Translations under genes and position numbers: made by a program
From: Promethearchaeia archaeon
Lineage (GTDB): Archaea > Asgardarchaeota > Lokiarchaeia > Sigyniarchaeales > SOKP01
Reading direction: 5' to 3'
Length of the DNA: 64,000 nt
Assembly: GCA_046483985.1 (NCBI GenBank)
Contig: JAWOCD010000057.1
Span: forward strand, 1-64,000
Notes under the pieces: generated by a model
Database searches by the model: none
Seen by the model: only the letters and a program-made list of their open reading frames with translations
What the model was told of the DNA's origin: nothing
Shown here: one piece after another, positions 19,306-28,719 of the stretch
How the letters are laid out: the number at the start of each line of letters is the position of its first letter
How positions within the stretch are numbered: position 1 is the first letter of the stretch

Positions 19306-21348
19306 ATGAGTAATAATAGGAATTTTATTGTCCCCGAAAATATAGAAAAAGCAAAAAAAAGAGCCAAAGAATTAAGAGAAAAAATTCGATTCCATGATAA
19401 AAAGTATTATATTGAAAATAATCCCGTCATCAGCGATTATGAATACGACCAATTAATGGAAGATTTAAAGGCTATAGAAGAGAAATATCCCGACTTAGTA
19501 ACCGAATATTCTCCCACTCAACGAGTTGGTGCTGAGGAGATAGAAGAGTTTAAAACTGTGAAACATAAAGCGGCAATGCTCAGCTTAGACAAAGTTACCG
19601 ATGAAGACGGGTTATATGATTTTAATGATAGAGTAAAGGAGGCAATAAAATCTGAAGAAGTAGAGTATGTGGTAGAACCAAAAATCGATGGAGTGGGAAT
19701 TGCATTATATTATGAAAATAAAAAGTTAGAAAGGGGGGCAACAAGGGGAAATGGAGAGGAGGGAGAAGAGATAACTCCTAATTTAAAAACAATCCATTCC
19801 ATTCCTTTAAAATTAAGGGAGGAGAGTATACTGCATACAGGAGAGTTTCGAGGTGAAGTCTATATGCCTAAGAAGGAGTTCAAAAAAATGAATAAACGGA
19901 GAGAAAAACAAGGGAAGGAACCATTTGCAAATCCAAGAAATGCCGCAGCAGGCACGGTTCGGAATAAGGATCCTCAACGAGTTGCAAAGCGGCCTTTAAA
20001 TGCCTATTTATATACTCTAAGTTACTGGGAAGAAGGGGGTTTTAAAACGCATTGGGAATGTTTAAATGAAATGGAAAAAGCTGGCTTACGCGTCAATAAG
20101 AGAATCAAAAAGCTCAAAAATATCGAAGAAGTTATTAAAAAAATTAAGGAATGGAAAGAAATAAAAGATAACTTAGAGTATGAGATCGATGGAATAGTAA
20201 TTAAAGTCAATGACTTGCAAGCCCATGGGATTTTAGGACACACCACCCATCATCCCAGATGGGCTATAGCATATAAATATCCCCCCAATCGAAAAACCAC
20301 CAAGGTTCAAGATATTTCCGTCCATGTGGGAAGAACTGGGAAATTAACCCCAATAGCAATCCTTAATCCTATTCAACTTTCCGGTACGACTGTTTCAAGG
20401 GCATCTCTTCATAATGAAGATGAAATCCGGCGAAAAGATATACGTATAAAAGATACAGTCTTGGTGGAAAAAGCCGGTGAAATAATCCCTCAAGTTGTAA
20501 AGGTGATAAAAGGAAAAAGAACTGGAGAGGAAAAGAAATTTGAGATGCCAAAAAAGTGCCCCATCTGTGGAAGTTCTGCTAAACGGATTGGAGGGGAGGT
20601 GGTACGGAGATGTCTAAACTCTCTGTGCCCAGCCCAAGTAAAGCAGCGAATTGAGCATTGGGGAAGCAGAAATGCAATGAATATCGAGGGGTTAGGTCCC
20701 AAACTGATCGATAAATTAGTGGAACAAGGAATTGTCGAAAATATAGCTGATATTTATGAGTTGAAATTAAATGATCTGAGAAACATTGAACGAATGGGCG
20801 AAAAATCATCGAATAATTTACTCGAAGAAATACGAGACAGTAAAGACAGGGGATTATCGAAAGTGCTTTATGGGTTGGGTATCCCTTTTGTAGGAGAACA
20901 TCTTTCAAATGTATTGGCCAACCATTATGAAGATATAGATCAATTAATGTCCGCACGTAAAACAGAGTTGGAAAATATTGATGAGGTTGGTCCAAAAATT
21001 GCTGAAAGTGTGGTAAACTTTTTCAACGATAAAAAAAATAAAGGATTAATCGACCAGCTTAAAAAGCATCAAATTAAGATGCTCTCCGAGCAAAAAGAAA
21101 AAAAACAATTTCTGGACGGGAAAAGATTCGTATTTACCGGAGCACTGGAACGATATACAAGAGCAGAAGCCTCAAAAAAAATACAGGACTATGGAGGGAG
21201 AGTCACATCCAGTGTTAGTGGAAAAACTGACTATTTAGTGGTGGGAAAGCGACCAGGATCTAAATTAAATAAAGCAAAAAAAGAAGGAACCCCCATCTTA
21301 CAAGAAAAGGATTTTTATTCTATCCTCGAAAAGGAAACATTACCGTAA
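19306..21348 (+). CDS. ligA: NAD+-dependent DNA ligase (bacterial type)
   Basis: ISDYEYD, SPTQRVG, MLSLD, EPKIDG, TRGNG, NPRNAAAG, DGIVIKV, Zn finger, HhH, BRCT. Confidence 0.97.
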   Translation: MSNNRNFIVPENIEKAKKRAKELREKIRFHDKKYYIENNPVISDYEYDQLMEDLKAIEEKYPDLVTEYSPTQRVGAEEIEEFKTVKHKAAMLSLDKVTDEDGLYDFNDRVKEAIKSEEVEYVVEPKIDGVGIALYYENKKLERGATRGNGEEGEEITPNLKTIHSIPLKLREESILHTGEFRGEVYMPKKEFKKMNKRREKQGKEPFANPRNAAAGTVRNKDPQRVAKRPLNAYLYTLSYWEEGGFKTHWECLNEMEKAGLRVNKRIKKLKNIEEVIKKIKEWKEIKDNLEYEIDGIVIKVNDLQAHGILGHTTHHPRWAIAYKYPPNRKTTKVQDISVHVGRTGKLTPIAILNPIQLSGTTVSRASLHNEDEIRRKDIRIKDTVLVEKAGEIIPQVVKVIKGKRTGEEKKFEMPKKCPICGSSAKRIGGEVVRRCLNSLCPAQVKQRIEHWGSRNAMNIEGLGPKLIDKLVEQGIVENIADIYELKLNDLRNIERMGEKSSNNLLEEIRDSKDRGLSKVLYGLGIPFVGEHLSNVLANHYEDIDQLMSARKTELENIDEVGPKIAESVVNFFNDKKNKGLIDQLKKHQIKMLSEQKEKKQFLDGKRFVFTGALERYTRAEASKKIQDYGGRVTSSVSGKTDYLVVGKRPGSKLNKAKKEGTPILQEKDFYSILEKETLP

Positions 21349-21573
21349 TTACTCTCTTTAGAATTATTCCCTATCGGTAGTTTCAAATAATAGTTTAATT
21401 TGATTAGATTAATCAATGAAGCATATGTGATGTGATGGTTCTATTTTTAATCAGAATTCGGGAGGACTTGCTATTAAAAAATATTAGTTAAAAGTTATTA
21501 ATGGGGATATTATTTATGGTTTTTAATTAGTAGTTTTAAATAATTACTTGCTTCTTATAATAATAATTAAGGA

Positions 21574-21807
21574 GTGATGATTATAGATTTATTTTTAGTA
21601 GGGAATATGCTTGAGGTTCGCGGGCAAAAAAAGACATTCGATTATCAAAAAGGGCTTGGTGGTTTTATCAGGAAGGAATTTAGAGGACCAAAAAATATTG
21701 ACAAGGATGAAATTGAAGCCAAAATGAAGCATGGAATTCTCACACTTACTATCCCCATCAAAAAGAGAAAATCGAAAAAGAAAGTCTCAATCCTCACCTT
21801 TTTATAA
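21574..21807 (+). pseudogene. Truncated Hsp20/alpha-crystallin domain
   Basis: NMLEVRG...IDKDEIEAKMKHGILTLTIP is the C-terminal part of the alpha-crystallin domain; first strands and N-terminal arm absent. Confidence 0.6.
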
Positions 21808-22024
21808 CTTATTCGAAAAGAATTTATAAATTCACAGACATATATTTGATCTAACTAAAAATTAAACTAATCAATAAATAATATATAACTGTGTCTCCCT
21901 CGAAAGGTCTATTGGGAGAGAATAATGTTAATTCACGAAAATACGGGAAATAAACATTATCATAAAATCGATTTTTGCAGTTTTAGACATATAGAATCAA
22001 GGAAAAAGAGAAATATTAAATTAA

Positions 22025-22309
22025 GTGGAGGTGCATAAAGTGAAAAAGAATAAAGTAAAAATGCAAGTTATAAAAGCTACAGGCGAGTTAGAAGATTTTG
22101 ATAGAAAAAAGATCTATAAGGCTTGTAAAGCAGCGGGCGCATCTGATGATCATGCTCAGAAAGTAACTGATGAAATAGCCGAAGAAGTATTAAAAATCCC
22201 ATCTCAGCAAATCCGTCGTATGGCGCTGAAAAAGCTAGATAAATTGGACAGTGAAGCTGCCAATAGATGGAAAAAATATGATATTCAATACGAAACTCAA
22301 AAAATCTAA
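22025..22309 (+). CDS. Stand-alone ATP-cone domain protein
   Basis: MQVIKATGELEDFDRKKI..AC..AGA. True start is probably a downstream GTG/ATG after GGAGGTG. Confidence 0.85.
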   Translation: MEVHKVKKNKVKMQVIKATGELEDFDRKKIYKACKAAGASDDHAQKVTDEIAEEVLKIPSQQIRRMALKKLDKLDSEAANRWKKYDIQYETQKI

Positions 22310-22442
22310 CGATTTTTAAATTCTTTTTCTTTTTATTTATCTTTTTGCAAGAAGGAACCCTTTAATGTATGTTTAATGGTGTATAATATAATTAGCAGCA
22401 ACTAAAAAGTTTAAAAAATAAGAATTAAATTAATTTTTTACG

Positions 22443-22901
22443 TTATTCTGACTCAACGGGAAGGATAAAATCCTTAGCCACTTGGGATATAATGTTCAAG
22501 GTGACATTTGACACATCAAGTTTATTTCTAAATTGATTATTGACGATTTTTTCAATCTCATCAATTTGGTCGTGGGCAATAAGAATACTGAGATTATTTT
22601 TACCTGATATTCTATATGCATTAATTATATATTGACATTCATCTACAAGTTCAATGTATTTATCGGGATTATCCGTATTCATATCCACACGCCCGAGATA
22701 TACATCTGCAGTGCGAAGGTTCATCCCTGCTTGATATTCCAAGATTCCGTTTTTCCTTAATTTTTTAATCCGTAGCCCAATAGTAGGTTGGCTTCGCTCT
22801 ACTTTCTGTGCGATTTTGGTATGGGTAATAGTAGGGTGTTCTTGAACGATCTTAACTATCTTCCTATCGATCTCATCCATCTGAAAACTCTTATTTAACA
22901 T
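22443..22901 (-). CDS. Lrp/AsnC family transcriptional regulator
   Basis: MDEIDRKI..., HTH (SQPTIGLRIKKL...GIL), RAM domain (AYRISG). Confidence 0.9.
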   Translation of the reverse strand: MLNKSFQMDEIDRKIVKIVQEHPTITHTKIAQKVERSQPTIGLRIKKLRKNGILEYQAGMNLRTADVYLGRVDMNTDNPDKYIELVDECQYIINAYRISGKNNLSILIAHDQIDEIEKIVNNQFRNKLDVSNVTLNIISQVAKDFILPVESE

Positions 22902-23105
22902 TTTTTTCCCACTTTTTTGGATATTAAAATAGTTTAATATTTTAATATTTTAATATTATATTATAATGCTTTCTCAATATATAAATATTGGGGTTAACTT
23001 AGAATTTAAATATTTTAATATTCAGATTTAAATAAAATGGTTTTACATTACTATATGATAATAAAGAATTAATCAATCACAAAATAATAAGAGCGATAAC
23101 ATTCT

Positions 23106-23429
23106 ATGGACAAACTTGTTAAGCTTACGACAGATTTCTTAAAACTATTATCTGATCCAAAAAAAATATTGATATTAAAATTTCTCAAAAATGAAAAACA
23201 TCATTCGAAAGAAATTCAAAATCTCATTGATAAGAGTCAATCATATACCTCTCAAATCCTAAATATGATGGAAAATGCGAATTTAATAAAGGTAGAAAGA
23301 AAAAATAATAGGAATTATTATTTTGTGAAAGACAGAGAAATCTATACGATTTTGGAAGATATACAAAGATATGTCGTACAATTAGAGAAACGGAAATTAG
23401 ATTTTCTCAATAAAGTCAAATTTGATTAA
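23106..23429 (+). CDS. ArsR/SmtB family winged-helix regulator
   Basis: FLKLLSDPKKILIL...SQSYTSQ.L..M....LI..ERK....YY. Confidence 0.88.
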   Translation: MDKLVKLTTDFLKLLSDPKKILILKFLKNEKHHSKEIQNLIDKSQSYTSQILNMMENANLIKVERKNNRNYYFVKDREIYTILEDIQRYVVQLEKRKLDFLNKVKFD

Positions 23430-23462
23430 CTTTTTTTCACTTTTCTTTCTTTTTATTTTTAT

Positions 23463-23500
23463 ACCCTAAAGGGATGGGGACTTCTTTCGCAGATCGTAAA
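23463..23500 (-). mobile_element. Second, truncated copy of the IS200/IS605 left-end-like sequence
   Basis: 35-nt exact match to 17935-17969; most of one hairpin arm is missing. Confidence 0.7.
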
Positions 23501-23677
23501 ATTTTATAGAAGTCATATTGCTTTGAGAGTAAAACGCTTAGAGTGCTTTTTCCTCACCACCTCAGATTAGAGAAATCTATGGGGATTAACACACATTTTT
23601 ACCCACAAAACCGAGAAAGTAGTTAAGATCGTGCACTTTAAAAATAGAAAATTAAAAGTAAAGTGGTGATAGATAAA

Positions 23678-23824
23678 ATGCAAATAAAATTAACACCAGT
23701 TTTAAGTCCAGAACCCCATGAAATCGACCGTTTTTTCAAAATCGAGGTAGGACCCCTTAAAGAGGGGTCGTTTTACTCCCTAAAACCCCTATGTTTTTCA
23801 TACACCAAGGAGAAAGATCGGTAA
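23678..23824 (+). CDS. Small ORF (48 aa) or 5' part of a decayed gene
   Basis: GGTGAT ribosome-binding-like motif before ATG; MQIKLTPVLSPEPHEIDRFFKIEVGPLKEGSFYSLKPLCFSYTKEKDR; stop overlaps an ATG opening 23824-24006. Confidence 0.35.
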   Translation: MQIKLTPVLSPEPHEIDRFFKIEVGPLKEGSFYSLKPLCFSYTKEKDR

Positions 23825-24007
23825 TGAACAATAGTACACTAGGCGCCATAGAGCCGCCACAGAGCCAGGAATCCGCCAAGATCGGTATTTACCAGAATAC
23901 GGTGAAGGTTCGAATGATTGGTACATCAATCCACGGGAAACCCTATAAGCAACTCTCAATCTTTTATTCCAAGAGCCGCAAATACACGAAGAGGATGAGC
24001 CAATGAG

Positions 24008-25252
24008 ATGGTAGAGCCCCAAGATGACCTTAAGACAAAGAAAGAGAACTTCTGGAACAACATGAATAAGAAAGGGAAGCAAGATGCTCAAATCCAGCAA
24101 CTTATAGATAAGATCTTAGAAGAGCACATGAAGGAGACCCAAAAGTCCCTTTTTACCCCCGAACCCGACTCGCATCGATTCACCGACGAGTATACGCAGG
24201 TGCTGATGGATCAGATCGAAGATGTCCTCACCGACTTTGACCTTCCCAGTTCGGATCGAAACCTCAAGGTGGAATCTGCTATCGACCGACTCAATAAATA
24301 CTTATACCTCAAAATCCAAAAAAAAGCCCTTTCCACAATTGAATTTCCCGCCTACGACTTTTATCGGTTCATTCAAGCCTTGAAAGGACTCATCGAAGAG
24401 ACCGAACTTATTGTAGAAGAGGACGGCATCAAGATCAATGGAATGGATCCTTCCCGCGTCTGTCTTTTTGTCATCAACATCACCAACGATAGTTTTTATC
24501 CTCTTCGGACTGGGAAATTAGGCATCAATCTTAATGACCTCGAGAAACTGGTCAAATGCAAGAGCACCGACAAATCAACTTTACACCTTACCATTAGCAC
24601 CGATAAGGCATATCTTACGCTTACTTCCGAGAAGTACAACTCCATCATCGATCGTATTCTTGAAGGGCTGGATATTAACATCGAGGAGATTCCGCTGGAC
24701 AATCTCAAAACCATCGACTACCCCATTCGATTCGCCCTCACTCGCGAGCAATTCGAACATACCCTTAGCAATACAGGGATTTATTCGGAAGTGCTGCACA
24801 TCACGGGTTCGCCGAAGCGCATCGAGTTCTCCGAGGCAGGGGAGATCGGCGACGAGACCATCACGTGGGAACGGAAGGTCCTCCCCTATATCGACGCCGA
24901 TTTTGGAATATTGCACAAACTTATTAAGGAATTAAAGGGAGATCTAGGAGAAATTGCATCAGATTCAAAAACAACTGACCCGCGCAGCCTCAAAATCAAG
25001 AAGTTGGAAGCCCGCATCGAGCAGGAGAAGTCCATTGCCGTGTATTCCCACACCTTTCTGAGGGCTGTAGGAAAAATCGCGCCACTATTGGAAAAAAACG
25101 ATCCCGTCCATTTCTCCCTGAGAACCGATCATCCGTTCAAGGTGGAGACCAATTTCTCGCCGCTCGGCACCACGCAGTTTTGCTTCTTTTTAGGACCACG
25201 CGTACAAGAGGCGGAGTTTGATGAGATTAAGGATGAGATAAATGAGTTTTAA
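24008..25252 (+). CDS. Divergent PCNA (sliding clamp)-like protein with N-terminal extension and internal insertion
   Basis: GIKINGMDPSRVCL, KLGINLNDLEKLVK, AGEIGD, YSHTFL, FSLRTDHP, FFLGPR are PCNA motifs; 414 aa against about 250 for a normal clamp. Confidence 0.85.
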   Translation: MVEPQDDLKTKKENFWNNMNKKGKQDAQIQQLIDKILEEHMKETQKSLFTPEPDSHRFTDEYTQVLMDQIEDVLTDFDLPSSDRNLKVESAIDRLNKYLYLKIQKKALSTIEFPAYDFYRFIQALKGLIEETELIVEEDGIKINGMDPSRVCLFVINITNDSFYPLRTGKLGINLNDLEKLVKCKSTDKSTLHLTISTDKAYLTLTSEKYNSIIDRILEGLDINIEEIPLDNLKTIDYPIRFALTREQFEHTLSNTGIYSEVLHITGSPKRIEFSEAGEIGDETITWERKVLPYIDADFGILHKLIKELKGDLGEIASDSKTTDPRSLKIKKLEARIEQEKSIAVYSHTFLRAVGKIAPLLEKNDPVHFSLRTDHPFKVETNFSPLGTTQFCFFLGPRVQEAEFDEIKDEINEF

Positions 25253-25383
25253 ATTTTTTACCTTTTTTATTTATCCATATTTTATTTATTTATGTTTATT
25301 CATATTAATTTAATATACTCAGATTTATTTTATATATTCAGAGATATATTTGAAAAGAAATTTAAAGGAATGCAAACGTAAAA

Positions 25384-26757
25384 ATGGTGGAAGATTTAAA
25401 CGATCTCTATAAAAAGGGACGCATCATTGGGAAAGCAAATTATGTATTTACCCCTGAAGTTAGTTCACGTATAGGGTCTGTCCACGGAAGCATGTTCAAT
25501 ACGAATGAGAGCCTTGTGATGGGCAGAGACTATCATAGTGACTCACGCATGTTAAAACGGGGATACACCTCGGGTTTCATGTCAAGCGGGACAAATTTAT
25601 TAAATTTATCGGATTCTACATTTCCGCTCGTCCAATTTACGATCCGTAGATTTGGAGCAAGTGGGGGGATCTATTTCTCAGGCGGGCATTCTGAAAACGT
25701 ACGAGCAAGTTTTATCGATGCCGTGGGAATTGAAGTTGACCCCCACGAGGTTCAAAAAATTATCGATTCCTATAATAAATATCCAGACGGTGCCCGGCGG
25801 GTCGAGCCTAACGACATAGGCAGTATAACAGCCATTCCTCAGACGGAAGAAGTCTATATCAAGTCGCTACAGCAATTTGTTGATAAAAAGAAGATTCACG
25901 ATGCCAATCTTAAAGTGGTAGTAGATTGCTCCTACGGACCAGCAGGAGAAATTGCACCGCTTTTACTTAATGAATTGGGAGTAGAAGTAATTGCATTAAA
26001 TACTCACTTCAGAAAAAAGGAAAAAGTCCCAGTTCCTAACGTATCCACGATTAAGAATACTGCCGAGATTGTTAAAGCATCAAACAGTCATTTTGGAGTA
26101 TGTTTTGACGTGGACGGCTCTCGCGTATTAGTGATTGACGAAAATGGATTAGAAAAAACCTTTGAAGAACTGCTCATGCTTTTTATCTCATTTGATTCGC
26201 GGATTCAGAAGTCGAAAGGCAACACTGTCTTAACGACTCCAGAAATCTCATCAATCGTAAAAAATTATATTGAAGATAACGGACATCCCGTCAAAACTGT
26301 AAAGAACTTACCTGGAGAAATCTCCCGGGAAATTAGAGAAGAAAGAGCATGTTTTGCAGCCTCAGACACGTTAAAGTTTTATTTCCCGCAATTTGCACCG
26401 TTCAGCGATGGTTGTTTTATCTTGTTAAAACTTCTGGAGATAATGACCAAGGAAGATGATTTACTTAGTTCCCTTACTCGGGGATTTCCCAAGGGAATAA
26501 AGATAAACAGAACAGTCAATGTAGCCCAAAAGATCTTTGAAAATTTTCATATCAAAATCAGGAAAGTCTGCGACGAGAAGGGCTTAAAATACCGAGATAT
26601 TATAAATGACCTCAAAATAATAGGAGATAATGCTTACACCACAATTAAATTGTCATTAAATAGGCAATCTATCTTTTTATCAACGGAGTCAGACGATACA
26701 GAGGCAGCAAGAGAACAGATTGAGGAAATAGAGAATATTATCAAGGATATGGAGTAA
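25384..26757 (+). CDS. Phosphohexomutase (PMM/PGM)-fold protein with degenerate active site
   Basis: GRDYHSDSRMLK, VVVDCSYG, FDVDGSR; the TASHN phosphoserine loop reads FSGGHS. Confidence 0.8.
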   Translation: MVEDLNDLYKKGRIIGKANYVFTPEVSSRIGSVHGSMFNTNESLVMGRDYHSDSRMLKRGYTSGFMSSGTNLLNLSDSTFPLVQFTIRRFGASGGIYFSGGHSENVRASFIDAVGIEVDPHEVQKIIDSYNKYPDGARRVEPNDIGSITAIPQTEEVYIKSLQQFVDKKKIHDANLKVVVDCSYGPAGEIAPLLLNELGVEVIALNTHFRKKEKVPVPNVSTIKNTAEIVKASNSHFGVCFDVDGSRVLVIDENGLEKTFEELLMLFISFDSRIQKSKGNTVLTTPEISSIVKNYIEDNGHPVKTVKNLPGEISREIREERACFAASDTLKFYFPQFAPFSDGCFILLKLLEIMTKEDDLLSSLTRGFPKGIKINRTVNVAQKIFENFHIKIRKVCDEKGLKYRDIINDLKIIGDNAYTTIKLSLNRQSIFLSTESDDTEAAREQIEEIENIIKDME

Positions 26758-26899
26758 CCTCTCTTTTACTCCAATATGGAGATATATTGCAAAAGGAAAA
26801 AAGTAATTTACAAATTATTTAAAAATTTGATTCCTATTAATTAGTAAAAGATTAGCCAATTTTAATTAAAAAAACAATTAACAAAAAAATTGATTAAAT

Positions 26900-27601
26900 A
26901 TGTTCCAAGCAACGTTTGATACTAACTCGATAATAATTCTTGCCACCTTTTTTGTGATATTTGGGGTGTTCTTGTTCTATGATTTCTTTCGAAAGGGGGA
27001 AAAATATAGTTTTCTAGCTTATATCATCCTAACGCTCCCAATCAATTACCTCTGGTACCTCTCTACTGATATCCCTAATCTGGATGTTCTCATAGTTTAT
27101 TTGATTCTGTTTATTCTCTGGGATGTGTTGCTGCTTAGGGATTTTGTCTCAGTATTTATCAGAACAAAAGAATACGATGATATCCTTCTCTTTTTGGGTC
27201 TTGGGATTTTATTTCAAATCACAATAAGTGCCATATTACCCGCAAAACAATTTTTTCCAGAATTACAAGAAAATACAGCCCAATTTTGGTATTTTTGGTT
27301 ACCAGATATTTATACCCAGAATTTTGGTATAGAGGCATGGGTTAATAAAGATATTTTATTAGGTTTCCGAATGGCGGCGACTTTAATGGTGATTTTATGT
27401 ATTATCCCGATGCTTTTAGATGTGAAAATGGCAGAAGAGAAACCTGCATTACCGATATTGATAATCATAGACGCTTTGTTTATCCTCCCCTTTCTATGGT
27501 TGGGTTATATTTGGGTACCTCAATCGATGGCGGTTATGACATTACTTTTATGTGTTATTCTTTTTATTATCTTGCTATTGATGACAAAAAGCGAAGAATA
27601 A
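26900..27601 (+). CDS. Hypothetical multi-pass membrane protein
   Basis: About 7 hydrophobic segments. Confidence 0.75.
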   Translation: MFQATFDTNSIIILATFFVIFGVFLFYDFFRKGEKYSFLAYIILTLPINYLWYLSTDIPNLDVLIVYLILFILWDVLLLRDFVSVFIRTKEYDDILLFLGLGILFQITISAILPAKQFFPELQENTAQFWYFWLPDIYTQNFGIEAWVNKDILLGFRMAATLMVILCIIPMLLDVKMAEEKPALPILIIIDALFILPFLWLGYIWVPQSMAVMTLLLCVILFIILLLMTKSEE

Positions 27602-27745
27602 AGAAAAACAAAATTATTTTATTACCTTTTTATTCTTTTTTAATATATAGTAGAGGATCGAATTTACAGTATTTTATTTCCTGCAGAAATTTGAGTGGGA
27701 AAATACAATATTTTTAATAGTATTAACAAAAGGGTGGAGCAGAAA

Positions 27746-28705
27746 ATGTCAAAGGATAATTCAGAAGACAGTAAAAGTTTACAAGATCTTCCGGGATTAG
27801 GAAGTGTTACCTTTAAAAAACTCAAAAAAGCGGGCATCTTAACGATACGATCATTAGCAATGATTTCCCCCAGAAAACTAAGCGACAAGGTGGGAATAGG
27901 GAAAAAAATCGCGAATAAACTGATAAAAAATGCCCGAGCCTACGAAAAAATGGGTTTTTTATCCGCTGCAGAAATCTGGGAAAAAAGAAAGAACACTCAC
28001 AAACTCACCACTGGGAGCAAAAATTTGGATGATTTACTTGGGGGCGGAATCGAGACGCAAGCATTAACTGAATTATTCGGGGAATATAGAACTGGAAAGA
28101 CTCAACTAGCACATCAATTATGCGTAAATGTGCAGATGAGTTATGCACAAGGGGGACTTGAAGGAGAAGCATTATATATTGACACAGAGGGGACTTTTCG
28201 TCCTGAACGGATAATTCAAATGCTTTATGAATATGATTTGGATAAAAAGGGAACTCTAAAGAATATCACACTAGGCAGAGCATATAATAGCAATCATCAG
28301 ATGTTTCTCATAAAAGAAGCTCCTAAAATTATCGAAAAGAAGAATATCAAGTTAATCATTATAGATTCTTTAATTTCCCACTTTCGGTCGGAATACATAG
28401 GAAGGGGAACCCTTGCAACCCGGCAGCAGACATTGAATGAACATATTCATGATATGTTGAGATTAACAGAATCCTATGAGGAATTAGCTATTGTCGTTAC
28501 AAATCAAGTTTCGGCTAAACCAGACGTATTTTATGGAAATCCGCTGAAGGCAACAGGTGGAAATATCGTTGCCCATGGGGCTACTATACGTGTGTTTTTA
28601 AGAAAAGGGAAGGGAGATCAGCGCGTAGCAAAAGTAATAGATGCCCCTCATTTACCCGAACAAGATACTGTGTTTTCCATCCAAGAAGAAGGTATTAGGG
28701 ATTAG
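27746..28705 (+). CDS. radA: DNA repair and recombination protein RadA
   Basis: N-terminal HhH, GEYRTGKT, YIDTEGTFRPERI, IIIDSL, VTNQV, GGNIVAH; start placed at MSKD. Confidence 0.95.
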   Translation: MSKDNSEDSKSLQDLPGLGSVTFKKLKKAGILTIRSLAMISPRKLSDKVGIGKKIANKLIKNARAYEKMGFLSAAEIWEKRKNTHKLTTGSKNLDDLLGGGIETQALTELFGEYRTGKTQLAHQLCVNVQMSYAQGGLEGEALYIDTEGTFRPERIIQMLYEYDLDKKGTLKNITLGRAYNSNHQMFLIKEAPKIIEKKNIKLIIIDSLISHFRSEYIGRGTLATRQQTLNEHIHDMLRLTESYEELAIVVTNQVSAKPDVFYGNPLKATGGNIVAHGATIRVFLRKGKGDQRVAKVIDAPHLPEQDTVFSIQEEGIRD

Positions 28706-28719
28706 AGGGAGAAAAGTCA

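Noticed and set aside
22933-22967. TTTAATAT tandem units between the Lrp and ArsR genes as operator sites
   Set aside because: Low-complexity AT sequence, not distinguishable from background without comparative data.
23751-23769. GACCCCT-TAAAG-AGGGGTC hairpin as a fifth IS end
   Set aside because: The loop is similar but the flanking end motifs are absent, and it lies inside a small ORF.
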